Assembly (NCBI GenBank): GCA_964463915.1
Contig: CAYXEH010000001.1
Coordinates: forward strand, 3,293 to 67,292
Origin: an uncultured Bacteroidales bacterium
Lineage (GTDB): Bacteria; Bacteroidota; Bacteroidia; Bacteroidales; UBA7960
Direction: 5' to 3'
DNA: 64,000 bases
Below are positions 54,771-64,000 of the stretch, in pieces. A program made the position numbers and the translations under genes. The notes below the pieces were generated by a model. It had not been told where the DNA came from, searched no databases, and worked only from the letters and a program-made list of their open reading frames with translations. Position 1 is the stretch's first letter. Each line of letters begins with the position of its first letter.

Positions 54771-56882
54771 CTACCTGTCCCCGGCCCGCCCTTCATCTTG
54801 CGGACCTTCTTCCGGAGCACCCTCATCCGGTTCCTCTTCCTCCGGGGGCTCATAATCTTCACGCAGAACCCTGAATTCGGTACGCCTGTTCATTTGATGC
54901 GCCGCATCCCGGATCTCTTCAGAAGGAAGCCCTTCAATAAATTCCGGTGTAAGCACAGTACCTTCCTCGAATAAAAATCCTTCCCGTTCCACATCATGTT
55001 CCAGGACCCGGGGTTCCCGCATTCCGTACCCGGCAGCTTCCAGCCTTTCCCGGGCAATTCCCTGTTCCACCAGGTAGTCTACAACGGCTTGTGCCCGCCG
55101 GTAAGAAAGGGTATCGTTATAAGCTTCTGTTCCCTGGCTGTCGGTATGGGAGGCCAGCTCAATGACAAGATTCGGATTGTCATTCATGGTTTGTACCAAC
55201 CCGTTCAGTGAATCCCTGAACTGTTCCTGAAGTTCCCAGCTGTCGAATTCATAAAGAATTTCGGGTAGTTCAATGGGGGTTTCAGGAATGGGTGCTATGC
55301 CTATATCCACGACAAATTCACGACTCTGCTCCACATCAAACGTGGATACCTCTCCCCTGCCAGCAAAATAACCGGGTTTATTCACCACAATATCGTATCG
55401 GGTATTCTCCCTTATGATGGAAGGGTCAAAAACGTAGCCACCTTCCCTGTCTGATTCAACCTTGCGTAAAGAACCATCAGAGCCTACAAGCTGAACTTCA
55501 GCACCTGGCACGGTTGTCTGAGTACTATCGTCTAAAACCACGCCGGTAATAAAAAGTTCCAGTGGCGGCAAAATAAAAGAATATATATCATAAATACCCA
55601 TGCGGCTTCGGTTTGAAGAGAAAAATCCCTGCTCTTCGCCGGGTTTGAAAATGATGCCAAAATCATCGGCAGAACTATTTACCGGTGCGCCGATATTCTC
55701 CGGTTCACTCCATCCTTCAGGGGTATAATCAATTTTGAAGATATCCAGCCCCCCCATTCCGGGATGGCCATCAGAAGCAAAATAAAGGGTTCCGTCGTCC
55801 CTGACATAAGGAAACATTTCATTGCCGGGAGTATTCACCGGTTCACCCAGGTTTCTGGGCGGGCCGAAATCATCCCCCTGGCTTCTGCGGCTGACAACCC
55901 ATATATCCCTGTCACCTGAACTCCCGGGCAGATCAGCCGTAAAGTACAGTTCCAGGCCGTCCGGGCTGATGGCCGGATGGCCAACGGTAACCAAACTGTC
56001 ATTGGTCAGCTTCACTTCACGGGGTGAACCCCACTGTGCTCCATCCCTGCGGGACCGGTAGATCCGGCAACCGACATCAGCTCCATCACTCCTGGTACAT
56101 CTTGTGAAGAACATTTCAGTAGCATCCATATTGACAGAAGGAGCCCCTTCATTGAATTCTGTGTTAATTGGGCCCTCATCCAGCAGCACAGGCTTATTCC
56201 AGTCCCCCGTCCTGTCTTGCTGGGATACAAAAAGCGAGGAAGTCTGGTTACCTGTCCAGGGATCTTCAAGGTTTCCAAGCGCGTTATCCCTGGATGAAGC
56301 GAAGATCAAAGTACTCGCCCTGTGATCACCAAAAGCGGCGGTATAGTCATCCTGACGAGAGTTAAGGATCCTGATATCATCCACTTCATACTGTGTCGGA
56401 TTCTCCCGAAGCTCCCGGGCCATCTCCACCGAAGCGATCCCACGTGGGCCACGCCAGTCATCCGGAACCAGGTCGGTGTATTCCCGGTAACGTTCCTCCG
56501 CCTCTTCGTATTTCTCATTCATCATCATGGCATCTGCCAGATAAAGCAGGGCCTCAGGGTCATCATACCCTGCCCTGACTACCCTGTTGAACCAGGCTTC
56601 AGCCATACGATGCTGATTGGTGTAATGGTAACTAAGCGCCACCTTGTACATCAGGCGGGTAGCCTCTTCCCGGTCATTGCGCCTGACACGGTCGTATGCC
56701 TTCCGGTAAAGGTCAATCGCTTCATGGTACTGGTGAAGTTCAAAAGCCTTTTCAGCCCTTTCCACCCGTCTGTTCTGGGCCGAAACACTGTTTATACAGC
56801 ACGCAAAAACCACGAACAGCAATATCAGGAGTGGTCTGGAGAACGAAAACATATGCTGAAAAAACATTGAATATATAATCAT
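54771..56882 (-). CDS. OmpA-family outer-membrane/peptidoglycan-associated protein with TPR, TolB-like beta-propeller repeats and a CarboxypepD_reg-like domain
   Basis: Signal peptide ending SVSAQ. TPR-like N-terminus. Repeated P.IS.DG..LYF / G..DI motifs. OmpA C-terminal ELASHTDSQGTEAYNDTLSYRRAQAV. Acidic tail PPEEEEPDEGAPEEGPQDEG. Confidence 0.85.
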   Translation of the reverse strand: MIIYSMFFQHMFSFSRPLLILLFVVFACCINSVSAQNRRVERAEKAFELHQYHEAIDLYRKAYDRVRRNDREEATRLMYKVALSYHYTNQHRMAEAWFNRVVRAGYDDPEALLYLADAMMMNEKYEEAEERYREYTDLVPDDWRGPRGIASVEMARELRENPTQYEVDDIRILNSRQDDYTAAFGDHRASTLIFASSRDNALGNLEDPWTGNQTSSLFVSQQDRTGDWNKPVLLDEGPINTEFNEGAPSVNMDATEMFFTRCTRSDGADVGCRIYRSRRDGAQWGSPREVKLTNDSLVTVGHPAISPDGLELYFTADLPGSSGDRDIWVVSRRSQGDDFGPPRNLGEPVNTPGNEMFPYVRDDGTLYFASDGHPGMGGLDIFKIDYTPEGWSEPENIGAPVNSSADDFGIIFKPGEEQGFFSSNRSRMGIYDIYSFILPPLELFITGVVLDDSTQTTVPGAEVQLVGSDGSLRKVESDREGGYVFDPSIIRENTRYDIVVNKPGYFAGRGEVSTFDVEQSREFVVDIGIAPIPETPIELPEILYEFDSWELQEQFRDSLNGLVQTMNDNPNLVIELASHTDSQGTEAYNDTLSYRRAQAVVDYLVEQGIARERLEAAGYGMREPRVLEHDVEREGFLFEEGTVLTPEFIEGLPSEEIRDAAHQMNRRTEFRVLREDYEPPEEEEPDEGAPEEGPQDEGRAGDR

Positions 56883-56934
56883 GATAATAATTACTGATAA
56901 TGAAACGGAGCACCAGCTAATTAATTGTTATTCC

Positions 56935-57414
56935 TCATGAGCGATTTAAGCCATCATCATTTTTCTTCCTTCCGTATGGATAAGGAAGGTCATCATCCTC
57001 GTTATCTGCAGGGGTATCTGGCTGGGCAATCTCATTTTTATTGTCTCCTGATTGACCTGTCTGTCCTTCTTCTCTGCTTTTTTCCTCTGCCTGATATTCG
57101 CTCCGGGGTTTCTTATGAATATGATCGTCTCCAGTTTCGGATGCAGCACCTTCCTGATTGCTCCCCTGGTTTCCCCCCGGCTTACCCGTCAGTTCCGAAC
57201 GCATTTCCCGGGCTTCCTTTTCAATGTCTGAAGAGTACCTGTGAATCTCTGTATTGATCTCCCTTTGCACTTTCTTGACTTCCCGCATGCCGCGTCCTAC
57301 CATCCGGGCCATTTCCGGAATTTTTCCCGGCCCGAACAACAAAAGAACCAGCAACAACAGGACAAGAATTTCCCCACCACTGATCCCGAACAGCAAAATA
57401 TTAGGATGTACCAT
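56935..57414 (-). CDS. tatA: Twin-arginine translocase TatA/TatE-family protein with a long charged tail
   Basis: GGEILVLLLLVLLLFGPGKIPEMARMVGRGMREVKK. No tatC gene is in the window. Confidence 0.8.
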   Translation of the reverse strand: MVHPNILLFGISGGEILVLLLLVLLLFGPGKIPEMARMVGRGMREVKKVQREINTEIHRYSSDIEKEAREMRSELTGKPGGNQGSNQEGAASETGDDHIHKKPRSEYQAEEKSREEGQTGQSGDNKNEIAQPDTPADNEDDDLPYPYGRKKNDDGLNRS

Positions 57415-57541
57415 TACCAGTCAGCTTATACAGAGACAAAAATAATGCTTTTCTGCAAGAAACGAGTAAAAAGGCGCGTACAGAAAAAAGATATCATAAA
57501 CTTATTAAAATTCGTATTTTTATCTTCCAAAAAAGAACAAT

Positions 57542-59128
57542 ATGCTTCCTTTTCAGAAGAATCTTACCAATACATTCTACGCCCTGCTAAGTCTTCCGGC
57601 CACAGCCATGGGATTTGGCCTGGCTGTTCAGATCGCTGCCCTGAGTTGGTTGTTAAGCACGAAATACGGCCTGGATATCAGTGACATCGGTTTGGTATGG
57701 GCCACCGGACCACTGGCTGGAATCATCGGACAGGTAGTCATAGGTATCGTCAGTGACAATGTTTGGGTGATGAATGGCCGTCGCCGGGTCTTTATACTGG
57801 TGGGGGGCGTACTGGCAGCACTGGGTCTGCTCGCCCTGCCAAATATCGGGATCATTCAGGCAGGAATGGGACTGGAGGGCGTATTGGGCATTGCCATCGT
57901 TGTGTCCCTGAGCATCGACCTTGCCATCAACATCAGCTTCAACCCAACGAGGGCAATTATTGCCGATGTAACCCCGGAAGGAAGACCCAGGACCAAAGGA
58001 TATACCTGGATGCAGACTGTCTCCGGTACCTTTGGTGTATTGGCCTACCTCATCGGGGCCCTCTGGGACAATTATGTCCTGATCTATTTCGGTGTCGGAT
58101 TGGTGTTTCTGTTCTCTGTTGTTCCTCCATTCTTTATCAGGGAACCGAGATATCTCGGCCAATATGGCAAAGACGACGAGGAGGCAGCGGCTGCAGACAA
58201 AGCGGAAACAGAGAACAATAAAGACCGCGTAAATGAAGCCTCTCTTTATGAGATCATGAGAACCATTCTGCCACTCTGGGGATTCCTGCTTTACGCGTTC
58301 TATGGTATTTTCAGAAGAATCGGATTGTTTCCGGATATTCCTTATTACGGACTTGAGGTCTTTTGTTTCCTCCTCACCATTGTGGTGGTAATTGTCACCA
58401 TGACCCAGAAAGAATACGGGATTTCAAGAGAGAAAGACGGACTGATCGGGTTCAGAAAAGTGCTTGCTGCCCATTCATTTACCTGGATCGGTGTACAAAC
58501 CATGTTCATTTACCTGTTTGCCTTTGTACGTTTTCGGGTCCCTGAACTGGCAGATGTAGACATTGACCCCGAAGTACTCCCGGAAACCGGTGTACTTGAA
58601 TCGGCCCGACTACAGGAAGTCAATAACACCATCGGGCGGATCGTCAACTGGAGCTTTTTCTCCCTCAATCTGGTGGCAGCCATTATCCCGGTTTTGATCC
58701 TGGAACCTCTGGCTGCCCGTTTTGGCAGGGTGAGGACACATGCTGTCAGCATCACCATCATGGCCCTGGGTTATTTAAGCATTCTGCAATTCGGATACAC
58801 CCCTGCAGTCATCTATATGCTGATGGCCATTGTCGGCATCGGCTGGGCTGCCACCATCAGCCTTCCATTCGCCATCATGTCACAGAAAATTTCGCAATCA
58901 CGGATGGGCCTATACATGGGATTGTTCAACCTTTCTGTGGTACTGCCCCAATTTGTCTCCAGTTTTGGCGTGGGTGAACTGGTCCAGGAAGCAGAAAACA
59001 AAGGGGTGATTTTCATTGTAAGTGCCCTCACTGTTGGCATTTCCGCCCTGCTGTGGTTCTTTGTTAAAGAACCCAAAGATGTATTTACAGAAAACCCGGT
59101 CCTGGCAGAACAGGAAAAAGGGGAATAA
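57542..59128 (+). CDS. MFS transporter, glycoside-pentoside-hexuronide/SLC45 sucrose-transporter-like
   Basis: About 12 hydrophobic segments. N-terminal GLVWATGPLAGIIGQVVIGIVSD..GRRRVFIL resembles the conserved R-x-G-R-R loop. A charged central loop is present. Confidence 0.8.
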   Translation: MLPFQKNLTNTFYALLSLPATAMGFGLAVQIAALSWLLSTKYGLDISDIGLVWATGPLAGIIGQVVIGIVSDNVWVMNGRRRVFILVGGVLAALGLLALPNIGIIQAGMGLEGVLGIAIVVSLSIDLAINISFNPTRAIIADVTPEGRPRTKGYTWMQTVSGTFGVLAYLIGALWDNYVLIYFGVGLVFLFSVVPPFFIREPRYLGQYGKDDEEAAAADKAETENNKDRVNEASLYEIMRTILPLWGFLLYAFYGIFRRIGLFPDIPYYGLEVFCFLLTIVVVIVTMTQKEYGISREKDGLIGFRKVLAAHSFTWIGVQTMFIYLFAFVRFRVPELADVDIDPEVLPETGVLESARLQEVNNTIGRIVNWSFFSLNLVAAIIPVLILEPLAARFGRVRTHAVSITIMALGYLSILQFGYTPAVIYMLMAIVGIGWAATISLPFAIMSQKISQSRMGLYMGLFNLSVVLPQFVSSFGVGELVQEAENKGVIFIVSALTVGISALLWFFVKEPKDVFTENPVLAEQEKGE

Positions 59129-59227
59129 CAGCAGGTAAAGAGGATGCAGCGTTGAGACGGCCACAAATGTGGTAATAGATAATATAGCTACAATGTGGTA
59201 ACAGGACTGGGGACAAGTAAGGCAATA

Positions 59228-59268
59228 AAAAAACGCTATCCGTTGATATTCAATAGATAGCGTTTTTT
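59228..59268. terminator. Bidirectional terminator hairpin between the MFS gene and tRNA-Pro
   Basis: Perfect 13-bp inverted repeat aaaaaacgctatc / gatagcgtttttt with a 15-nt loop. It provides an A/T-run on either strand. Confidence 0.7.
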
Positions 59269-59273
59269 GTAAG

Positions 59274-59347
59274 TCGGGGTGAGAAGACTCGAACTTCCGA
59301 CCCCTTGCACCCCATGCAAGTGCGCTAGCCAACTGCGCCACACCCCG
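59274..59347 (-). tRNA. tRNA-Pro (anticodon GGG)
   Basis: The reverse complement folds as a cloverleaf: acceptor CGGGGTG/CACCCCG plus discriminator A, D-arm GCGC-AGTTGGCTA-GCGC, anticodon arm CTTGC-ATGGGGT-GCAAG, T-arm GGAAG-TTCGAGT-CTTCT. CCA is not encoded. Confidence 0.9.
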
Positions 59348-59404
59348 ATTTTGCTTTGCAAAAGTAACACATTACGTTTACCGGACAAAACTTTTTTAAA
59401 AAAT

Positions 59405-59962
59405 TTACGGCTTTGGCTTCCACTCGATGTCGCCAATACCGGCATCATGAGCGATTTTTCTGGCCAGCACAAAAAAGTAATCTGACAAACGGTTAAAAAA
59501 CTGGAGCACCATTTCATTCACGGCTTCCTGTTCACTGAGTTGAATCACAATTCGCTCTGTGCGTCTACATACACAACGGCACACATGGGCATAAGATACG
59601 GCTGGATCCCCCCCAGGAAGTATGAAATGTTTGAGGTCCGGCAGGTATTGATTCATGGCATCTATTTCCTTTTCCAGGAAACGGACATCCTTTTCTGTAA
59701 TATCAGGCAGCTCTTCAGATCTGCATCCCTGATCACAAGCCAGTATCGATTCAGCCACAAACACTTTTTCCTGAATGTTCAGCAAAATCGGTTTGTAGGA
59801 TTCATTCATCTCCTGGTCACGCAACAACCCGATAAATGAATTCAATTCATCAGCTGTGCCATAGGCTTCAATTTTCAGATGGTATTTTGGCACGCGGCGT
59901 CCTCCAAGAAGTGAAGTTTCCCCACGGTCGCCGGTTTTTGTATATATTTTCCACTCTGTCAT
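59405..59962 (-). CDS. ATP:cob(I)alamin adenosyltransferase, PduO type
   Basis: MTEWKIYTKTGDRGETSLLGG, then a helical bundle with RRTER. Start chosen at 59962. Confidence 0.85.
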   Translation of the reverse strand: MTEWKIYTKTGDRGETSLLGGRRVPKYHLKIEAYGTADELNSFIGLLRDQEMNESYKPILLNIQEKVFVAESILACDQGCRSEELPDITEKDVRFLEKEIDAMNQYLPDLKHFILPGGDPAVSYAHVCRCVCRRTERIVIQLSEQEAVNEMVLQFFNRLSDYFFVLARKIAHDAGIGDIEWKPKP

Positions 59963-60040
59963 ACACTTTCTTTCTCCGGGTATAAAAAAATAAATCGCAT
60001 AGAAATTCGCTGGCGACAACAACTATATTACAGGCATTGA

Positions 60041-60769
60041 TTACACTTCAGCTGACTTTGTTTGCTCCAGGGTAACCACTTCCATGTTTTTTTCGTCTGA
60101 TTCGATCAGCCCGTCACGCAGGCGGATGATGCGATGGGCATGCAATGCGATATCTTCCTCGTGCGTAACCAGAATAATCGTATTCCCGGCATTATGGATA
60201 TCCTGCAGCAATCCCATTATTTCGATGGATGTCTTTGTGTCCAGGTTTCCGGTAGGCTCATCGGCAAGAATGATAGAAGGATTATTGACCAGGGCCCTGG
60301 CTACCGCCACCCGCTGCCGCTGTCCACCTGACAATTCATTGGGCCGGTGATGGGTCCGGTCTGAAAGCCCGACCTGTTCCATCACCTCCTCTGCCCGACG
60401 GAGTCGGTCATTCCGGGTCTGACCGGCATATACCAGTGGCAGAGCCACATTATCCAGGGCGGTACTTCTGGGCAACAGGTTAAAGGTCTGAAATACAAAA
60501 CCAATTTCCTTGTTTCTGATCTCAGCCAATTCATTATCCTGTAATTTGCTGACATCTTTACCATTGAGGAAATAACTTCCACTGGTCGGGGTGTCGAGGC
60601 ATCCCAGTATATTCATCAGTGTGGATTTGCCGGATCCGGACGGCCCCATCAGTGCCACATATTCATTGCGATGGATTGATACGGAAACTCCGCGAAGCGC
60701 GCGTACGATTTCCATACCAACTTTATAGTTTTTGTGGATGGAAGTAAGACGAATGATTTCTTCTGACAT
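60041..60769 (-). CDS. ABC transporter ATP-binding protein (LolD/MacB-type)
   Basis: [38 protein letters not shown]. Start chosen at MSEEIIRL (60769). Confidence 0.9.
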   Translation of the reverse strand: MSEEIIRLTSIHKNYKVGMEIVRALRGVSVSIHRNEYVALMGPSGSGKSTLMNILGCLDTPTSGSYFLNGKDVSKLQDNELAEIRNKEIGFVFQTFNLLPRSTALDNVALPLVYAGQTRNDRLRRAEEVMEQVGLSDRTHHRPNELSGGQRQRVAVARALVNNPSIILADEPTGNLDTKTSIEIMGLLQDIHNAGNTIILVTHEEDIALHAHRIIRLRDGLIESDEKNMEVVTLEQTKSAEV

Positions 60770-61001
60770 GGAGAGGGATAAGATTAGTGAACAGGTTACA
60801 TGAACGACAAAGGTATATAATTTCAAAAATCAACGATGGTTTTTTGATGAACGGATTTAATTCCCCGGCGGTTCTTACTGTTGCCCATAAAAACCTGAGG
60901 CCAGACCCGCAAACAGTCAGGCAGGAAGGAATCCGGTTTTGCAGCATTCATCATCAAAGTGGGATATGAAGCGGTATCAGGTCATAAAAAGCTTCTTTCG
61001 A

Positions 61002-61601
61002 TCAATCACGGACCTTAATGGTACAACCAATGGCCCTGGTAAATTCAGGATCCGGCCGCTCACCGGCGAGCAATGCATCAATGGCATTGGCCAGGAAAGG
61101 TTCTTCCACAGCAGATGCATCCCGGTAATTGTCATCAATGGCTCCAATATAAGCCACCCTGAATTGATCTCCCTCTTTTTCCAGAAGAAATACATGGGGC
61201 GTGCGCGTAGCACCATACTCGGGATAAATGAGCTGATCTGCATCCAGAAGGTAATCAAACGGAAAGTTCTTTTCTTCCACACGTTCAATCATTTTGGTAT
61301 AAGAATCTCTGGGTTCAGCAATGGAGTCATTCGAATTTACGGCAACCACAGGGAACCCCCGGGGAGCGTATGTATTGTGCAGCTCAATCATCCTGTCTTC
61401 GTAAGCCACTACATAGGGACAGTGGTTACAGGAAAAGATCAAAACGATTCCTTCTGCATCTTCGTAATCAGCCATGGAAACAAAATTGCCATCCACATTC
61501 AACAATCGAAAATCCGTGGCAACGTCGCCAACCTCGTAACCCTGAGCGAATAAGCCGGTACCAAACATACCCGTCAATAATAGCAAAAAGATCTTTTTCA
61601 T
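61002..61601 (-). CDS. Secreted thioredoxin-fold protein (redoxin/AhpC-TSA-like)
   Basis: Signal peptide LLLLTGMFGTGLFAQ and the CxxC motif SCNHCPYV. Confidence 0.78.
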   Translation of the reverse strand: MKKIFLLLLTGMFGTGLFAQGYEVGDVATDFRLLNVDGNFVSMADYEDAEGIVLIFSCNHCPYVVAYEDRMIELHNTYAPRGFPVVAVNSNDSIAEPRDSYTKMIERVEEKNFPFDYLLDADQLIYPEYGATRTPHVFLLEKEGDQFRVAYIGAIDDNYRDASAVEEPFLANAIDALLAGERPDPEFTRAIGCTIKVRD

Positions 61602-61627
61602 TGTTCTAGAGTTTGGTTAATAAAGAT

Positions 61628-62137
61628 TTATTGGATTAGGGGTAACACCAGTTCTTCAAGTTCTTCAAATTCAAACTCCCTTTCATGAAAACTACGGTAG
61701 CCCGATGAGTAAATTACCGTTGCAGGAATTGCGCCGCTCCACTCATCACTAACCAGGGGGATCCAGCGGTTTGAATTCGGGTCATCAAGTAATATCACCT
61801 CGCTTTGTAAATCCAGTCGTTCCAAAAACGGAAGTACCCGGTCATCGATCAGATCCGGGTTGTCGAGACTCACCAGAATCACCTTTACCTTCTGGCCGCT
61901 GTATGTTTCGTTTAATTGCTCAAAGGCCGGGAGTTCCCTGACACATGGCGCACACCAGGTTGCCCAGAAATTGATCACATAAATCGAATCGTTGTGCATT
62001 TCCAGGCGCGGGGAAAAAGTGTCGAAGTCCATCACCTCAATGTCTTTGCCTTCATCTGAGGCGGGCAAGCCATGCGTCAGTGAGAGATTCAGCAAAGTAA
62101 GAAACATCAGCATTATAATTGTTCCGATATACTTCAT
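61628..62137 (-). CDS. TlpA-like thiol:disulfide oxidoreductase
   Basis: Signal peptide and INFWATWCAPC. Confidence 0.82.
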   Translation of the reverse strand: MKYIGTIIMLMFLTLLNLSLTHGLPASDEGKDIEVMDFDTFSPRLEMHNDSIYVINFWATWCAPCVRELPAFEQLNETYSGQKVKVILVSLDNPDLIDDRVLPFLERLDLQSEVILLDDPNSNRWIPLVSDEWSGAIPATVIYSSGYRSFHEREFEFEELEELVLPLIQ

Positions 62138-62280
62138 AAGCCCGGATCCATATTTAACAATTTAAAATGACAGGACAATATACCTGATACCCGCAGCAGC
62201 TGTAAGGATTCATTTATAGTAAACAGCAAGCAGGAATTTTTGTTTACTGAAGGGCCGTATCATATGGTGACTATAGGCTG

Positions 62281-62323
62281 AAAACAAAAAAGGTAAAAAC
62301 CGTGATATTCGATTTCTACCTTT
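62281..62323 (-). terminator. Rho-independent terminator after rny
   Basis: On the minus strand: AAAGGTAGAAATCG-loop-CGGTTTTTACCTTT followed by TTTTGTTTT, about 70 nt after the rny stop. Confidence 0.7.
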
Positions 62324-62394
62324 CCTGAGTGTATGGTAAAGCCCGGTAAGTAAAAGCGGTAAACTGTACCGGGGGGCGATCTCACGTATACCCG

Positions 62395-63954
62395 CTATTT
62401 GGCATAGGCCACAGCCCTTGTTTCACGAATAACGGTGATCTTGATCTGGCCGGGATAAGTCATCTCGGTCTGGATTTTCTTGCTTAGATCCTGGGAGATC
62501 TGGTCTGCCTCCGCATCGGTGATCTTCTCGCTTCCCACAATTACCCGCAATTCACGGCCTGCCTGTATGGCATATGTTTTCACCACACCCGGGTAAGACA
62601 AAGCGAGTTCCTCCAGGTCATTGAGGCGCTTAATGTAAGATTCAACAACTTCACGGCGGGCCCCCGGACGGGCGCCTGAAATGGAGTCGCATATCTGGAT
62701 GATAGGTGAGATCAGGCTTTCCATATCCACCTCATCGTGGTGCGAACCAATGGCATTACATACTTCAGGCTTTTCTTTATACTTTTCCGCCAGTTTCATT
62801 CCAAGAACAGCATGGGGCAACTCAGGCTCATTATCCGGTACCTTCCCAATATCATGCAATAAGGCCGCACGTTTGGCAACTTTGGGATTCAGGCCAAGTT
62901 CAGCGGCCATGGTTGCAGCAAGATTAGCCACTTCCTTGGAATGCTGAAGCAGGTTCTGCCCGTAGGAAGAACGGTACTTCATTCGACCCACCAATCTGAC
63001 AAGTTCATGGTGCATCCCGTGTATACCCAGGTCAATCGTGGTACGTTTGCCTATTTCTATGATCTCCTGCTCAATCTGTTTCTGGGTCTTGGCAACGACT
63101 TCTTCAATCCGCGCGGGATGAATACGCCCATCAGTAACCAGTTTATGCAGAGATAAACGGGCGATCTCACGTCGAACAGGGTCAAACCCACTCAGGATGA
63201 TGGCCTCCGGTGTATCATCCACGATGATCTCTACACCGGTAGCAGCTTCCAGGGCCCGTATGTTACGGCCCTCACGTCCGATGACTCTTCCCTTGATCTC
63301 ATCGCTTTCGATCGGAAATACCGAAACGGAGTTTTCAATGGCGACTTCCGTTGCAGTCCGCTGAAGAGACTGAATGACCAGTTTTCTAGATTCCATATTG
63401 GCGGTCAGTTTGGCCTCTTCCATTATTTCCCTGATATAAGATTGTGCATCAGACTGAGCTTCCTGTTTGAGTGTTTCCACAAGCTGAAGTTTCGCTTCCT
63501 GTGCAGACATGCCGCTGATGCTTTCCAGTTCCTCAAGCTGTCTCTTATAGGTTTTATCCAGATCTGTCTGCTTGTTATTAAGGATTTCAAGCTGATTATT
63601 CAGATTCTCACGGATTGCTTTGACTTCGGTCTGTTTCCGACTGAGTTCTTCCATCTTTTGGGAAAAGGAAGACTCCTTCTGCTTGAGTTTGTTTTCAGCC
63701 TGAGATAGCTGATGGTTCTTTTCGGCAACATACTTTTCATGTTCGGCCTTCAACTGCAAAAACTTTTCTTTTGCCTGAAGTATTTTCTCTTTTTTCAGCA
63801 CCTCTGCCTCCGAGGTGGCTTCTTTGAGTATCTGGTTACTCTTGCGCAAAACAGATTTACGCAATACAGTGCCGGCTATCAGCACACCGAGTCCCAGCGA
63901 TATGGCCGAAATGACAACAATTAGAATCACGTTGACATTAAATAATAGGATCAT
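62395..63954 (-). CDS. rny: Ribonuclease Y
   Basis: N-terminal TM segment, long coiled-coil, KH domain ([15 protein letters not shown]), HD domain (LLHDIGK), 519 aa. Confidence 0.95.
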   Translation of the reverse strand: MILLFNVNVILIVVISAISLGLGVLIAGTVLRKSVLRKSNQILKEATSEAEVLKKEKILQAKEKFLQLKAEHEKYVAEKNHQLSQAENKLKQKESSFSQKMEELSRKQTEVKAIRENLNNQLEILNNKQTDLDKTYKRQLEELESISGMSAQEAKLQLVETLKQEAQSDAQSYIREIMEEAKLTANMESRKLVIQSLQRTATEVAIENSVSVFPIESDEIKGRVIGREGRNIRALEAATGVEIIVDDTPEAIILSGFDPVRREIARLSLHKLVTDGRIHPARIEEVVAKTQKQIEQEIIEIGKRTTIDLGIHGMHHELVRLVGRMKYRSSYGQNLLQHSKEVANLAATMAAELGLNPKVAKRAALLHDIGKVPDNEPELPHAVLGMKLAEKYKEKPEVCNAIGSHHDEVDMESLISPIIQICDSISGARPGARREVVESYIKRLNDLEELALSYPGVVKTYAIQAGRELRVIVGSEKITDAEADQISQDLSKKIQTEMTYPGQIKITVIRETRAVAYAK

Positions 63955-64000
63955 ATCACAATTGGTTTGTGTTTAATAAATAAAAAAACCCGCATTGAAT

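Noticed and set aside
58910-59517. ORFs 58910-59341 and 59236-59517 on the minus strand.
   Set aside because: They run through the tRNA-Pro gene and the terminator hairpin. One starts with GTG inside the tRNA. They are not credible coding regions.
60808-60815. A TACCTTTG box (TAnnTTTG match, minus strand) 39 nt upstream of the ABC ATPase start.
   Set aside because: No properly spaced -33 TTTG is present (the nearest is only 8 nt away). This is too weak to report as a promoter feature.
62138-62394. A 257-bp spacer between rny and the TlpA-like gene, considered as a possible small-RNA locus. It includes the hairpin gtaaaca...tgtttac at about 62219-62247 and a ggtaa triplet repeat near 62335-62365.
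   Set aside because: Apart from the rny terminator (reported as a feature) the structures are short and AT-rich. I recognise no known RNA family signature (SRP, RNase P, tmRNA, 6S, riboswitch cores).
1-64000. Mobile elements, prophage, defence islands, toxin-antitoxin pairs, rRNA.
   Set aside because: No transposase, integrase, recombinase, phage structural, restriction, Cas or toxin-like ORFs were recognisable in any frame. The gene content is overwhelmingly conserved housekeeping.

Overview
This is a 64-kb chromosomal segment that looks like Bacteroidota. Supporting markers are a PorQ-like T9SS gene, DUF1599 and DUF3276/PUR-like genes, a long NusB, TAnnTTTG-type promoter boxes and mostly Shine-Dalgarno-less starts. 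The oxygen-sensitive redox genes suggest an anaerobe or facultative anaerobe. I call about 57 CDS and one tRNA-Pro(GGG), densely packed, with many ATGA stop/start overlaps and several TTG/GTG starts.

Most of the window is housekeeping: gdhA, tpiA, plsY, prmA, folP, cdaA, miaA, cca, tsaC, dapD, ruvX, def, coaE, yajC, nusB, pyrF, prfA, purM and rny.

I see no rRNA, CRISPR array, transposase, integrase or prophage genes.

Four things deserve follow-up:
1. Positions 59-6525 hold two translationally coupled paralogs. Each fuses a pseudo-receiver and a receiver domain to a PEP/pyruvate-binding ATP-grasp domain. Neither has a phosphohistidine swivel domain; both carry a shared, unrecognised C-terminal module instead.
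2. Positions 10432-16986 hold a NuoE-like, NuoF-like and 1240-aa fusion operon plus a rubrerythrin-like gene. The fusion combines 2Fe-2S, GltD/NfnB-like, Fe-S and a degenerate formate-dehydrogenase-like domain. The set looks like an uncharacterised Bfu/Stn-type electron-bifurcating NAD(P)H module.
3. A family of structured intergenic repeat elements sits exactly between same-strand minus genes at 20969-21421 and 51413-51546, with a possibly related 21-bp array at 45561-45716. A separate 24-bp tandem array lies at 18876-18970.
4. Positions 22716-28508 hold a flotillin/NfeD pair flanked by two M48 proteases and a large double-anchored membrane protein.

Functional calls rest on motifs I can read in the translations; no database search was possible. 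Coordinates of non-ORF features were read by eye and may be off by a base or two.
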